A stretch of 64,000 nt of DNA from an uncultured Gammaproteobacteria bacterium (GCA_964537265.1 CAZHZE010000001.1:91103-155102); one strand, 5' to 3'. Shown: positions 1-10,258, numbered from the stretch's first letter. Notes: generated by a model not told the origin, from the letters alone. Program-made: numbers and translations.

Positions 1-832
1 CCAACTTCATATTGCTAATTGGACAATGAGAAACTTTTACATCTCTTTTTTTATAAATTTCTAAATCATTATCGCTTAACCAAACGCTATGCGCGGCTAT
101 TAAATTGCCCGACAATAAGCCAAGTTCGTCTAAATATTCAACCGGCGATTTGCCGTTATTTTTTATAGAATCTTCAACTTCTTTTTTAGTTTCGCTCACA
201 TGAATATGAATGCGTAAATTTTCATCTTCAGCAACTTTTTTAATTTTTAATAAATTTTCTTTTGAACAGGTATAAATTGCATGCGGCGCTAAAACAATTT
301 TTATAAATTCATTATCCGCATATTTTTTCGATAACCTCGCCGCTTCTTTTAGAGCTAAATCAGGATCTTTGAAATCTATACCCGTAATTCCAACCGCTGT
401 CCGTAAACCTGCTTTAATCGCTGGCTCAGCCATAGCTTCGCCTAAAAAATACATATCATTATAATATGTTACGCCGGCTTTAATCATTTCTAAACAGGCT
501 AACTCGCCAGCTTGCTTTACAAAATTTTCATTGACATATTTAACTTCAGCCGGCCAGATATGTTTATTAAGCCAAATATCTAAAGGCAAATCATCAGCTA
601 ACCCGCGAAAATATGTCATGGCTGCATGCGTATGCGTATTTATTAAGCCCGGCATAATAATTGAATTTCCCGCGTCAATCACTTCTTGAGTTTTATAATT
701 TTTAATTTCATTATCGCCGCCTAAAGCTAAAATTTTATTTTTAGACACAGCAACAAAACCGTTTTCTATAACGGTTAATTTTTCATCCATGGATAAAATG
801 TATTTTCCTTTTATAATTAAATCACACTGCAT
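1..832 (-). CDS. amidohydrolase-family deaminase, MTA/SAH deaminase (MtaD)-like; partial, C-terminus runs off the window
   Basis: Absent from the ORF track because it is edge-truncated. Manual reverse translation from ATG (832-830) gives MQCDLIIKGKYILSMDEKLTVIENGF...MPGLINTHTHAAMTYFRGLADDLPLDIWL. The HxH metal motif and context are typical of MtaD/chlorohydrolase amidohydrolases. Confidence 0.7.
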   Translation of the reverse strand, partial: MQCDLIIKGKYILSMDEKLTVIENGFVAVSKNKILALGGDNEIKNYKTQEVIDAGNSIIMPGLINTHTHAAMTYFRGLADDLPLDIWLNKHIWPAEVKYVNENFVKQAGELACLEMIKAGVTYYNDMYFLGEAMAEPAIKAGLRTAVGITGIDFKDPDLALKEAARLSKKYADNEFIKIVLAPHAIYTCSKENLLKIKKVAEDENLRIHIHVSETKKEVEDSIKNNGKSPVEYLDELGLLSGNLIAAHSVWLSDNDLEIYKKRDVKVSHCPISNMKL

Positions 833-834
833 AA

Positions 835-1893
835 TTATTTTAATAAACTTTTTATAATTTTTACCATCTCTTGATTGGCTCCTTTTTTCATGGCTTGCGC
901 CATATTTACGGATAAATTAGTTAGTATCTTCTCGTCGGCTAATAAATCCTTAATCATATGCGTAAAATTTTCCGCGGTCAAATCTTTTTGATTTATTACA
1001 ATTGCAGCTTTTCGATTTTTAAAAAATTCGGCGTTAACTTCCTGGTGCGAATCTGGCATAGGAATTATTATGGATGGCTTACCTAGATATGATAACTCGG
1101 ACAAAAACCCTAACCCAGCGCGAGTTATTACTAAATCCGCCGCATGCAAAACTTCAACCATTTTTTCTACATCCAAAAATTCATAATTTTTATAATTCAC
1201 AATTTCAGTATTTGATATATTTCTTTTTTCCCCTGTTATATGAATAACATGGCAGAGCTTAACTAATTGACTTAAACTATCTTTTACTAATTCATTAATT
1301 GCCATTGCCCCGGTTCCGCCGCCAATAATTAAAACTACTGGTAAGTGGTTATGCGTTTTTAAACTATTAATTTTTAACTCTCGCCTAATCGGATTTCCTA
1401 TCCAAATCGCCTTTTTACCATAATCTTTTAACGAACTTTCAAATGTTACAGTAATAATTTTAGCAAACGGCGCCATTAATTTATTGGCTAGACCAGCTAC
1501 AATATCCTGCTGATGAATTAAAACTGGCACGCGTAAAACCCAGGCCGCCCAAGCGATAGGCACGCTTATAAAACTACCGGCGCTCATAATTAAATCCGGG
1601 CGGGATTTTATCATTATAAATAAAGCCTGGAAAAAACCTATTTTAATTTTTATAATATCTAAAAAATTTTTAAAGGAAAAATAGCGGCGCAATTTTCCTC
1701 CGCTTATAGCTTTAAATTTAATACCAGCTTTCTCTACCATGACTTTTCCCGGGCCGAACTTCGTGCCCAACCATAAAAATTCAAACTCACTTTCATTTTT
1801 TAGTTCATCGTAAATTGCTAGTAGCGGAGTTACTGATCCGCCCGTTCCGCCGCCGGTTAAAAGTATTTTGTATTTTTTATTTTCAGAATACAT
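835..1893 (-). CDS. murG: UDP-GlcNAc:lipid I N-acetylglucosaminyltransferase MurG
   Basis: 352 aa. N-terminal GGGTGGSVTPLLAI glycine-rich loop. Sits in dcw context after ftsW. Confidence 0.9.
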   Translation of the reverse strand: MYSENKKYKILLTGGGTGGSVTPLLAIYDELKNESEFEFLWLGTKFGPGKVMVEKAGIKFKAISGGKLRRYFSFKNFLDIIKIKIGFFQALFIMIKSRPDLIMSAGSFISVPIAWAAWVLRVPVLIHQQDIVAGLANKLMAPFAKIITVTFESSLKDYGKKAIWIGNPIRRELKINSLKTHNHLPVVLIIGGGTGAMAINELVKDSLSQLVKLCHVIHITGEKRNISNTEIVNYKNYEFLDVEKMVEVLHAADLVITRAGLGFLSELSYLGKPSIIIPMPDSHQEVNAEFFKNRKAAIVINQKDLTAENFTHMIKDLLADEKILTNLSVNMAQAMKKGANQEMVKIIKSLLK

Positions 1894-1920
1894 TTTATTT
1901 AATTCGTAATTTAAAATTGA

Positions 1921-3054
1921 TTATCTCGTCTGCTTACTAATATTAATTAAAATACCAATGGAAGACAAAGCGACTAGCATAGCTGATCCGCCGTAGCTTA
2001 TCATAGGCAAAGGCACGCCAGTCATTGGCATAATATTAACCATACCGCCGATATTTATAAAGGCTTGCATAACAATCCAGCTTACTATGCCAATAGCCAA
2101 AATTTTTCCAAAATCATCCGGGGCTTTTTTGGCTATAAGAAAACCTCGATAAAATAAAGCTAAATATAATAAAACTAAAATAACTGAAAAAACAAATCCT
2201 ATTTCTTCGCTGATAATTGGAAAAATTGCGTCGTTTTGCGCTTGTGGAAGATATAAAAATTTCTGTCTTGATTCGCCTAAACCTCGACCGAAAAATCCAC
2301 CTGATCCGATCGCGATCAAAGATTGATTAATCTGATAACAATATTTATCCGGAGAATATGAAGGATCCATCATGCATTTAAAGCGATTAGCCTGATACGG
2401 ATAAATATTTACCATTATAATTATAGCCGTTAATCCTAATAATATTAAAACTATTAAATGCTTAACGCTGCCTCCACCAATAAAATAAACGATTAGTGAT
2501 GATAAGGCAATAATAGTTAGAGTGCCCATATCCGGCTGCAATATCATAAGTAAAGCGATTATCCCAAGAATAACTAAAAATGGTCCAAGGCCAGTAGCAA
2601 TTTCCCCTAATTTCTTTTTTCTCCCCTCGAGCCAAGCGGCTAAATAAATTAAAAAGGTAATTTTAACAAATTCCGACGGTTGCAAAGAGTAACCAAAAAC
2701 ATTTATCCAACTTTTAGAAGTGCCCCAAGTTCCGGCTAAACCTGGAATAAAAACTAAAATTAATAAAATAATAGAAAAAATAAGCATCCATAAAGCATAT
2801 TTTTTCCAAACCTGATAATCAATTCGCGAAAAAATCCAAGCTGCTATAAGACCTAAAATTAAGCCAAAAAGCTGATGTTTAAAAAAATAATAACTGTCTT
2901 GATGGGCGCTATAAGAAATAATTGATGAGGCGCTAGAAAGCATAATCATTCCAAAAATAATAATCGCCCCAACTATAAAAATAAGCGGCTTGTCTGATTC
3001 ATGATCGCCGCGATAGGATAATATTTTATTAAAAGAATTTATTAATGACTTCAT
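1921..3054 (-). CDS. ftsW: SEDS-family peptidoglycan glycosyltransferase FtsW/RodA
   Basis: 377 aa polytopic protein with SEDS-like motifs (NDAIFPIISEEIGF, PLPMISYGGS). Lies between mraY and murG. Confidence 0.85.
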   Translation of the reverse strand: MKSLINSFNKILSYRGDHESDKPLIFIVGAIIIFGMIMLSSASSIISYSAHQDSYYFFKHQLFGLILGLIAAWIFSRIDYQVWKKYALWMLIFSIILLILVFIPGLAGTWGTSKSWINVFGYSLQPSEFVKITFLIYLAAWLEGRKKKLGEIATGLGPFLVILGIIALLMILQPDMGTLTIIALSSLIVYFIGGGSVKHLIVLILLGLTAIIIMVNIYPYQANRFKCMMDPSYSPDKYCYQINQSLIAIGSGGFFGRGLGESRQKFLYLPQAQNDAIFPIISEEIGFVFSVILVLLYLALFYRGFLIAKKAPDDFGKILAIGIVSWIVMQAFINIGGMVNIMPMTGVPLPMISYGGSAMLVALSSIGILINISKQTR

Positions 3055-3060
3055 AATTTT

Positions 3061-4110
3061 TTACATCTTCTTGTCTAACAAAAATATTATTAAACCCATG
3101 GCCGCGCTAACTCCGGCGATAACCCAAAAACGCATGACAATTTTCGGCTCGCTCCAACCAATAGCTTCAAGATGATGATGAACCGGCGAAGAAATAAATA
3201 TTTTTTTGCCTCTAATTTTTTTAGACAACTGCTGAATGATTACAGATAAAGATTCAATAACAAAAATTAAACCAATAACCGGTAAAATCAAAGCTGAATT
3301 AGTCAACATAGCGATGACGCCCAAAGTAATACCTAAGCTCATAGCCCCGGTATCGCCCATATAAAACCTGGCGGGGTTAATGTTAAACCACAAGAAAGCC
3401 AATAAAGCTCCGACAATAACCCCGCAGAAAGCAGCTAAATCATACTTGCCTGTGATAAAAGCTATCACGCCAAAAGAGGCAAAAGCAAAAAGCAAAGTTC
3501 CACCGGCTAAACCGTCCAAGCCATCCGTTTCGTTAACTGAAAAAGCTGTGGCCACTAAAACAAAAATAAAAATCAAAATATATGGCCAACCCATCTGATA
3601 ATCTCCTAAAAATGGCACATGAAAAATATCCCAATCCAATTTAAAATAAAACCACCAGGCGCCGAAGCAAGCGATAATAGTATAAATCAATAAGCGATGT
3701 TTAACTTTCAGTCCGCCGCCGCCCAAAATACCTTTACCTCTTACATCTAACCAATCATCAACTAAACCAACCAAAGCTGTAGCTACTAAAACGCCTAAAG
3801 GCAAAAGAGTTTCCTTACGAGATAAAAAATTAAAATAATTAAAAAAATCTGCAGTAAAAATTTTTGGCAAATAATAAAACACAACGGCCATAATTAAAAC
3901 CGTTAACCAGATTAAAATTCCGCCCATAGTCGGCGTGCCGTCTTTATGAGCATGCATTTTTGTAAAAATCGGAGTCGTGCCGTTTGATCTTATTTTTTTT
4001 CCGCAATTATATTTATATAAATAATGAGTTAAGAGTGGCGTCCAAAAAATAGCAAAAATAAAGGCTAAAGCCGTTAAAAATAAAATTTTAATAACATAAA
4101 AATCAAACAT
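3061..4110 (-). CDS. mraY: phospho-N-acetylmuramoyl-pentapeptide transferase MraY
   Basis: 349 aa with MraY motifs (GLVDDWLDVRGKG, NETDGLDGLA, MGDTGAMSLG, PVHHHLE). Confidence 0.92.
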   Translation of the reverse strand: MFDFYVIKILFLTALAFIFAIFWTPLLTHYLYKYNCGKKIRSNGTTPIFTKMHAHKDGTPTMGGILIWLTVLIMAVVFYYLPKIFTADFFNYFNFLSRKETLLPLGVLVATALVGLVDDWLDVRGKGILGGGGLKVKHRLLIYTIIACFGAWWFYFKLDWDIFHVPFLGDYQMGWPYILIFIFVLVATAFSVNETDGLDGLAGGTLLFAFASFGVIAFITGKYDLAAFCGVIVGALLAFLWFNINPARFYMGDTGAMSLGITLGVIAMLTNSALILPVIGLIFVIESLSVIIQQLSKKIRGKKIFISSPVHHHLEAIGWSEPKIVMRFWVIAGVSAAMGLIIFLLDKKM

Positions 4111-4114
4111 ATTT

Positions 4115-4528
4115 TTATCGAAAATTTACCAAATATATAGCCAGCGTGCTGGCGATTAAAAATAAATTAATTAATAAAGAAAAGCTTAAAATCAAATGAA
4201 TCAAAAATTTGCTTTTTCTAAAAATATTTAAAAGCAAAATTAAATTTATAACAATAAAAGCTAACCCTAAAGTCGGAATAATATAAATATCTCGAACATC
4301 ACCGATAAGATTAACACCTAGATTAACATTATAATGCAAAATAACCAAATTTTGGCTTACATTTCTGTTTACATATAAAACTAATAGCCAATTAATTACA
4401 TTCAAAGAAAACAAAAATATAAGATATATCCTAACGAAAACAAGGCTGACCAAAAGCAAAACAGCTTGAACCAATTTTTCTCGGCTAAGATAAAGATAAT
4501 TTAAAATTTTATGGCTATCGATCGCCAT
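4115..4528 (-). CDS. hypothetical integral membrane protein
   Basis: 137 aa, several hydrophobic segments, 4 nt upstream of mraY on the same strand. No recognisable family. Confidence 0.5.
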   Translation of the reverse strand: MAIDSHKILNYLYLSREKLVQAVLLLVSLVFVRIYLIFLFSLNVINWLLVLYVNRNVSQNLVILHYNVNLGVNLIGDVRDIYIIPTLGLAFIVINLILLLNIFRKSKFLIHLILSFSLLINLFLIASTLAIYLVNFR

Positions 4529-4602
4529 ATATTTAATTTAACATATTTCCATTTAAAAATAAACTTTAACCAAAAATTGCTAGATATATCAATAAACTAC
4601 TC

Positions 4603-4631
4603 TTGCGCTAAAATAATTTTTCTGCTATATT
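4603..4631 (+). promoter_or_regulatory. sigma70-type promoter with extended -10 (TTGCGC-17 nt-TGCTATATT)
   Basis: -35 TTGCGC at 4603-4608, 17-nt spacer, TGC + TATATT at 4623-4631, about 40 nt upstream of the ATG at 4671. Confidence 0.45.
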
Positions 4632-4670
4632 AATTTGTCACTCTTAAAATATAAAAATTAGGGGGAAAAA

Positions 4671-5012
4671 ATGGAAAAAATAAAATATTTTTTTGTTTGG
4701 TTGCACTTTAAAATTATAATGAAACGTTTAAACAATTGCCAGGAGATAAGTTTTTCTTCACTTTCAAGCACAACGCTGGAACATCCTGAATTTAAAAAAT
4801 TAACCTCTTTGGGGCCGACAATTATGCCTATGCTCCTAAAGAATTTACAAAAAATAAGGGATGATAAAAAAACTCTTGGTGCGTTAACAATTTTGCTCGC
4901 CCTACCTATTATTTCCGGAGAAAATCCTATTCTCAAAGAGCATCGCGGCAAAATGTCTAAAATGCAAAAAGATTGGATAAGATGGGGTAAAAAGAAAAAA
5001 TATTTAAAATAA
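4671..5012 (+). CDS. hypothetical protein (orphan, self-contained transcription unit)
   Basis: 113 aa. Strong SD (TAGGGGG, 5 nt before the ATG), own promoter and own terminator. Preferred over the overlapping antisense ORF 4658..5056. Confidence 0.5.
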   Translation: MEKIKYFFVWLHFKIIMKRLNNCQEISFSSLSSTTLEHPEFKKLTSLGPTIMPMLLKNLQKIRDDKKTLGALTILLALPIISGENPILKEHRGKMSKMQKDWIRWGKKKKYLK

Positions 5013-5030
5013 ATCTCCGTCAAAATAGTT

Positions 5031-5069
5031 ATAGCCAAATGAAGTCTTGTCTTCATTTGGCTATTTTTA
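5031..5069 (+). terminator. rho-independent terminator
   Basis: 14-bp perfect stem ATAGCCAAATGAAG / CTTCATTTGGCTAT, 6-nt loop, then TTTTT. Confidence 0.8.
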
Positions 5070-5080
5070 TATTTTAGGTA

Positions 5081-5110
5081 TTTACCTTATATAAACTTTT
5101 ATGTTATAAT
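5081..5110 (+). promoter_or_regulatory. candidate promoter of the pil operon (extended -10 TGTTATAAT)
   Basis: TGT + TATAAT at 5102-5110. Weak -35 (TTTACC/TTACCT) 17-18 nt upstream. 45 nt before the pilB ATG. Confidence 0.35.
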
Positions 5111-5154
5111 ATAGCTAAGTTAAATCCTCTTTTTTATTTATATTTAATAAACCC

Positions 5155-6876
5155 ATGCTATCTGACCAACAACTTAAAAAAATACTGGCCAAATCAGATA
5201 TAATGCCGGCTGAAGAATTCGAAAAATTCTCCAAAGAAGCAGCCAAGTCCGGTAAAAACCTTGATAGTTATTTAATTGAAAAAAAAATAATAACTTCTAA
5301 CGCTCTTTACGAAAGTGCGGCTATTTTTTTTAACGTGCCTTTCATAAATCTAAAGGATCAAATTATAAGAAAAGACGTTTTATTTAATATACCGGAACCG
5401 ATTGCTACTACCCACCAGGTAGTTGCTTTTGCAGCTGATGAAAAAGAAATTAAAATAGCCACTTTAGATCCTGAAAATATAGAAATTTTTGAATTTATTA
5501 AGAAAAAAACCAACCTTAAGCCGGTTATTTATTTAACCACGCCAGAAAGCTTAAATGAAACTATAAAGCAATATCATAAAAGCTTAAAAGCTGAGTTCAA
5601 AGACCTAGCTGAAGAGAATATAGGTGGTGATGACGAAAATCTAAAAAAATTAGCAGAGAATTTACCAATTGTTAGAATTGTAGATACTCTCTTAGAATAT
5701 GCTATTTTTGAAGGCGCTTCCGATATTCATATAGAGCCGGAAGAAAAAGATGTTATTGCCCGCTACCGCGTGGACGGAATTTTGAGAAATGTTATGACTT
5801 TGCCTAAAAATGTTCAGCCGGGAATTATTGCTCGCATAAAAATATTAGCCAATCTTAAAGTTGACGAACATCGCCTACCCCAAGATGGACGCTTTAAAAT
5901 AACTGCTAAAGACTATAAAGTCTCTTTCAGAGTTTCCATCATACCTACTTTTGACGGAGAAAAAATTGTCATGCGCTTATTAAGCGAAAAAGCGCAGGTT
6001 TTAACTTTGGAACAACTCGGTTTCCAACCCTCAGCCCTGGAAGCTTTAAAAAGAAACATTTCCAAACCGCATGGAATGATTTTAGTAACCGGACCGACCG
6101 GCTCAGGAAAAACCACTACGCTTTATACTGTTTTAAACATTTTAAACACTCCAGAAGTTAATATAGTTACTATTGAAGATCCAATTGAATATCGCATGCC
6201 TCATGTTAACCAATCACAAGTCAATCCTAAAATCGGTTATACTTTTGCCGCCGGTTTAAGAGCTTTTTTAAGGCAAGATCCTAATATTATTATGGTTGGA
6301 GAAATAAGAGACCAGGAAACAGCGGAAATCGCTATCCATGCCGCTATGACCGGACATTTAGTATTGTCAACTTTGCACACCAACGATGCTGTCACTACCC
6401 TGCCCCGCCTTTCTGATATGGGTGTCCCGGCTTTTTTAGTAGCTTCAACTACTAATGTTATAATCGCTCAAAGACTGGTTAGAAAAATTTGCCCTAATTG
6501 TATTCAAAGCTACAAATTAGACAAACAAGTTATAGAAGAATTGATGCAACAATTAGACGTAGAAAATATCATGAAAACTCTTGAAGAAAAGAAAATTATT
6601 ATTAACGCTAAACAAGGTATAGAAAATTTATTATTTTACCGGGGCAAAGGCTGTAAACAATGCTCTAACACAGGCTATAAAGGCAGGCTTGGTATTTATG
6701 AAGTCTTGGAAATTACCGCTGAAATATCGGAATTAATTTTAAAAAAGGCTTCAGCCTCAGAACTTAAAAAACAAGCAGAAAAACAAAAAATGCTAACTAT
6801 TATTGAAGATGGTTTTATTAAAGCTAAAAATGGCATTACCACAATCGAAGAAATTATGAGAGTAACTAAGGAGTAA
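5155..6876 (+). CDS. pilB: type IV pilus assembly ATPase PilB (GspE family)
   Basis: 573 aa. Walker A GPTGSGKTTT, Asp/His boxes, tetracysteine CPNC...CKQC, N-terminal GSPII_E_N-like region. Confidence 0.9.
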   Translation: MLSDQQLKKILAKSDIMPAEEFEKFSKEAAKSGKNLDSYLIEKKIITSNALYESAAIFFNVPFINLKDQIIRKDVLFNIPEPIATTHQVVAFAADEKEIKIATLDPENIEIFEFIKKKTNLKPVIYLTTPESLNETIKQYHKSLKAEFKDLAEENIGGDDENLKKLAENLPIVRIVDTLLEYAIFEGASDIHIEPEEKDVIARYRVDGILRNVMTLPKNVQPGIIARIKILANLKVDEHRLPQDGRFKITAKDYKVSFRVSIIPTFDGEKIVMRLLSEKAQVLTLEQLGFQPSALEALKRNISKPHGMILVTGPTGSGKTTTLYTVLNILNTPEVNIVTIEDPIEYRMPHVNQSQVNPKIGYTFAAGLRAFLRQDPNIIMVGEIRDQETAEIAIHAAMTGHLVLSTLHTNDAVTTLPRLSDMGVPAFLVASTTNVIIAQRLVRKICPNCIQSYKLDKQVIEELMQQLDVENIMKTLEEKKIIINAKQGIENLLFYRGKGCKQCSNTGYKGRLGIYEVLEITAEISELILKKASASELKKQAEKQKMLTIIEDGFIKAKNGITTIEEIMRVTKE

Positions 6877-6887
6877 ATTTTTATATT

Positions 6888-8087
6888 ATGACAATAATTT
6901 TACCGCCACAAAACGAACCGAATAACCAAGGTGAACAAACTTCGCCGGCCATAGATCAGGCTGGCAAAACTAATGAAACCGAAGCGTCAGAAGAAAAAGC
7001 AAAAAAAATAAATATAATGAGTTCTATCAATGGCGTCTTAGAAAAATTTTCTAGGATACCTATTTCAGAAAAATTATTTTTTGTGCAAAATTTAGGCATC
7101 ATGCTTAAGGCTGGCATATCCTTATCCGTAGCTTTAAAAACTTTAGCGCGCCAAACTAATAATAAGAGATTTGCTAAAATAATAGCGGAAATTTCTAAAA
7201 ATGTTGAAAAGGGCGTAAGTTTTACCGAAAGTTTAAAACCGCACGAAAAAATATTTGGCCAACTTTTTATTAACATGGTTGAATCTGGAGAAATATCAGG
7301 AAAACTTGAAGAAGTTTTAAAAAGACTGCATATACAATTTAAAAAAAACCATGAATTAGTTGCCAAAGTCAAGGGCGCGCTTACTTACCCAGCCGTAATT
7401 TTATTAGTCATGATCGGCATGGGTATTTTTATGATGATATCAGTAGTGCCTAGTATCGCCGCCATGTTTAAAGACCTTAATGCTGAATTACCTTTTGCGA
7501 CTAAAATGTTAATTAAACTATCTGAAAGTTTAGTGGCGCATGGGGCGCTTTATTTAATAGGCGCGGTAGTTTTAATTTTAATTATAGTCCAAGCGGCTAA
7601 AACAAAAAAAGGTAAATATTTTTTTCATGGCCTGCTATTAAAACTGCCAATTTTTTCCACAATTATAAAAAAAATAAATTTAGCCCGCTTCGCTAGAACC
7701 ATAAGTTCGTTATTAAAAACCGACATCATGATTATAAAAAGTTTACAAATAACCGCTAATGTTTTAGGCAATGTTTATTATCGTGACGCCCTTAATGAAA
7801 TGAGCGTCAAAATTAAAAAAGGCGGTACTATTAATGAAGTTATTGCCAACTACGAAAAATTATTCCCGCCAATAGTAACGCAGATGATTGCCGTAGGTGA
7901 AGAAACTGGCGAGCTTGATTTTATACTTGAAGAATTGGCCGAATTTTACGAAGGAGAAGTAGATCAAACCATGAATAATTTACCATCAATAATTGAACCG
8001 GTTTTAATTTTAGTTCTTGGTTCAGCTGTTGGCGGCATGGCTGTCGCCATTATCATGCCTATGTATTCCTTAAGCTCGGCAATATAA
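6888..8087 (+). CDS. pilC: type IV pilus platform protein PilC (GspF family)
   Basis: 399 aa. Two GspF-type repeats (GISLSVAL..., VGEETGELD), 3 TM segments. Confidence 0.9.
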   Translation: MTIILPPQNEPNNQGEQTSPAIDQAGKTNETEASEEKAKKINIMSSINGVLEKFSRIPISEKLFFVQNLGIMLKAGISLSVALKTLARQTNNKRFAKIIAEISKNVEKGVSFTESLKPHEKIFGQLFINMVESGEISGKLEEVLKRLHIQFKKNHELVAKVKGALTYPAVILLVMIGMGIFMMISVVPSIAAMFKDLNAELPFATKMLIKLSESLVAHGALYLIGAVVLILIIVQAAKTKKGKYFFHGLLLKLPIFSTIIKKINLARFARTISSLLKTDIMIIKSLQITANVLGNVYYRDALNEMSVKIKKGGTINEVIANYEKLFPPIVTQMIAVGEETGELDFILEELAEFYEGEVDQTMNNLPSIIEPVLILVLGSAVGGMAVAIIMPMYSLSSAI

Positions 8088-8100
8088 AAAAGGTAAAAAT

Positions 8101-8553
8101 ATGCAATTATGCCGAAATAAAAAAGGCAGCATGCTCACAGATTTATTAGTAGTTCTAGGTATTATCGCGCTGCTGTCTACAATCAGCATACCTTATTTAA
8201 GAAGATACCAGCCAAACTTAAAATTAAATGCCGCCGCCAGAAATTTAACCACTGACTTAAGATATGCCCAACAATTAACCATAACTGAGCAAAAAGTTCA
8301 TCAGGTTGTTTTTGATTTAAATAATGATTCATATCAAATTCAAAAAATAGACGTAGCTACAACCACCATTAAAACAGTTGCCCTTGAATCAGAAATTAGC
8401 ATCAAGCAAATTAATGATTTAACCGGCGACAAGGTGGTTTTTAATTATTATGGCGGAGTCAGCCAATCCGGACAAATAATTTTAACTAACATAAATAATG
8501 CGGACGCCATTGTTAATATAAAACCATCTGGCTATGTGCAATTCGATCAATAA
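8101..8553 (+). CDS. pilin-like minor pilin, FimT/GspH-like
   Basis: 150 aa. N-terminal KKG|SMLTDLLVVLGIIALL class-III-like signal with Asp at +5, followed by a LRYAQQLTITEQ GspH-like segment. Confidence 0.6.
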   Translation: MQLCRNKKGSMLTDLLVVLGIIALLSTISIPYLRRYQPNLKLNAAARNLTTDLRYAQQLTITEQKVHQVVFDLNNDSYQIQKIDVATTTIKTVALESEISIKQINDLTGDKVVFNYYGGVSQSGQIILTNINNADAIVNIKPSGYVQFDQ

Positions 8554-8561
8554 AAATAACT

Positions 8562-9002
8562 ATGACGATTAAAAAAATAAAAATATTTTCCTGCCAAAAA
8601 GGCCTTAGTCTTTTAGAAATAATGGTATCTTTTTCTATACTAGTAATCGCTTTTATGGCTTTAATGCAATCTTTCCCTATAACTTTATCTATTAATAAAA
8701 CTTCAGAAAATGCCACTAAGGCCGCTTATTTAGCGCAAGCAAAATTAGAAGAATTAAATTCTTTAGGCTATAACAGTGTTGCCGTCGGCACAATAGAAAC
8801 TAAACATCGCCTATCCAACGATACATCAAATTATTTATACTATTTTCAAAGGCAAACTGTGGTAAATTATGTTGATGGAAATTTGCAGAATAGTGGATCG
8901 GACACGGGATTAAAAAAAATTTCTGTAACAATCTACTACACTAATGTTTTATCAAGAATTGAAAAAGTCTACACCACGGTTACACTTATAAGCCAATTAT
9001 AA
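8562..9002 (+). CDS. prepilin-type minor pilin (PilV-like)
   Basis: 146 aa. QKG|LSLLEIMVSFSILVIAF prepilin cleavage/methylation motif with Glu+5. Confidence 0.65.
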   Translation: MTIKKIKIFSCQKGLSLLEIMVSFSILVIAFMALMQSFPITLSINKTSENATKAAYLAQAKLEELNSLGYNSVAVGTIETKHRLSNDTSNYLYYFQRQTVVNYVDGNLQNSGSDTGLKKISVTIYYTNVLSRIEKVYTTVTLISQL

Positions 9003-9003
9003 T

Positions 9004-9669
9004 ATGCGGGGTTTTTCCATTATAAATATCATAATAATCATGGGCTTAATTTTGCTGGCCTATTTGGGTTATGCGCAGTATTTAGATAATAAGGTTGAAA
9101 AAATATTAAAAAATTCTGAATCGCCTAGTAAATTTGTAACTTCAGAAAATCCACAAACCGCTACTACAACTAACTCAATAACTATAGAAAAAAATTCATC
9201 AACAACAACTCAAGCAACTTCTAAAATTCTTACTACGGAAAAAATAACAGAAACAACTAAAACAGGGTTCTATAAAAACAATACTTATTTTTATCAAATT
9301 AGTTTTCCTGAAAATTGGCCCATAAAAATACAAGCGGCAAGCAATGTTTCTTTAGGCACCGTACCACCTAAAAATGGCCAAGGAGCCATAACTATAGAAG
9401 TAACCCAGGGGCAAAGCAATGAAATTAACCAAGCAAAAGCTGAGGCAAAAAAATATCCGGAAATTATTTCTCTGACTGAAGAATTTATTACTTTAAGCGG
9501 GGTAAATGGAAATAAAATAACTATTACCAACCTTATAACAAAAAATAAAACTATTAATATTTTATTAAATAAACTAAATTATAATTACATTATAAAATAC
9601 AGCGAAGAATCTGCTGAATTTGTCAAACAAGTAAACCAAGCTTTAGCTACTTTTAAATTTCTTAAATAA
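9004..9669 (+). CDS. pilin-like membrane-anchored protein lacking Glu+5, Thr-rich linker plus globular C-terminal domain
   Basis: 221 aa. MRG|FSIINIIIIMGLILLAY (Asn at +5), T/S-rich stretch, C-terminal YQISFPENWPIK... reminiscent of a PsbP/DcrB-like fold (weak). Start is 1 nt after the preceding stop. Confidence 0.4.
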   Translation: MRGFSIINIIIIMGLILLAYLGYAQYLDNKVEKILKNSESPSKFVTSENPQTATTTNSITIEKNSSTTTQATSKILTTEKITETTKTGFYKNNTYFYQISFPENWPIKIQAASNVSLGTVPPKNGQGAITIEVTQGQSNEINQAKAEAKKYPEIISLTEEFITLSGVNGNKITITNLITKNKTINILLNKLNYNYIIKYSEESAEFVKQVNQALATFKFLK

Positions 9670-10254
9670 ATGAAAAATATAAATAAAAAAAATAAATTTT
9701 CTGGTTTCACTTTATTAGAAATTATAGCTAGCATTTCTTTATTTACTGTCATTATTCTTTTAACAACCAATATTTATTTAGCCACTCAACGAGCTTACAA
9801 TAAAAATTCTAACATGGCCGAATTAACACAAAACGCTCGAGTATCTATAGACAGAATTTCCAGAGAATTAAGACAATCTTCAAGCATCATCACAGCTTTA
9901 CCCGAAACAAACAACGACCCGAGCAACCCGCCAACTAACCAAATATTTTTTCAAGACGGACACAATATAAATCAAGTTACTTATTTAAGGTATTATTTAG
10001 AAGACACTAATTTAATGCGAGAACATAAAGCTTACTATTTCAATAATGAACCTTCAGTTTATGTAACTTATAATAGCCTTGATAGCGGAGGCAGCCCGCC
10101 GCAAGAAATTATATTGGAAAATAGAATAATTGGAGAATATTTTAATGAATTAGAATTTTGGGGAACAAGCGGATTAATTAATATTGTTTTAAATCTAGAA
10201 AAAAATCAAAGCGTTTTCGATATAGAAACTTCAGTCTATTCCCGAAATTATTAA
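9670..10254 (+). CDS. prepilin-type minor pilin (PilW-like)
   Basis: 194 aa. FSG|FTLLEIIASISLFTVIILL canonical class III signal. ATG abuts the upstream TAA. Confidence 0.65.
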   Translation: MKNINKKNKFSGFTLLEIIASISLFTVIILLTTNIYLATQRAYNKNSNMAELTQNARVSIDRISRELRQSSSIITALPETNNDPSNPPTNQIFFQDGHNINQVTYLRYYLEDTNLMREHKAYYFNNEPSVYVTYNSLDSGGSPPQEIILENRIIGEYFNELEFWGTSGLINIVLNLEKNQSVFDIETSVYSRNY

Positions 10255-10258
10255 AATT

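Noticed and set aside
4658-5056. 132-aa minus-strand ORF overlapping the 113-aa plus-strand ORF
   Set aside because: The promoter, SD and terminator are all oriented for the plus strand, and the minus ORF would run through the terminator hairpin. The call remains uncertain.
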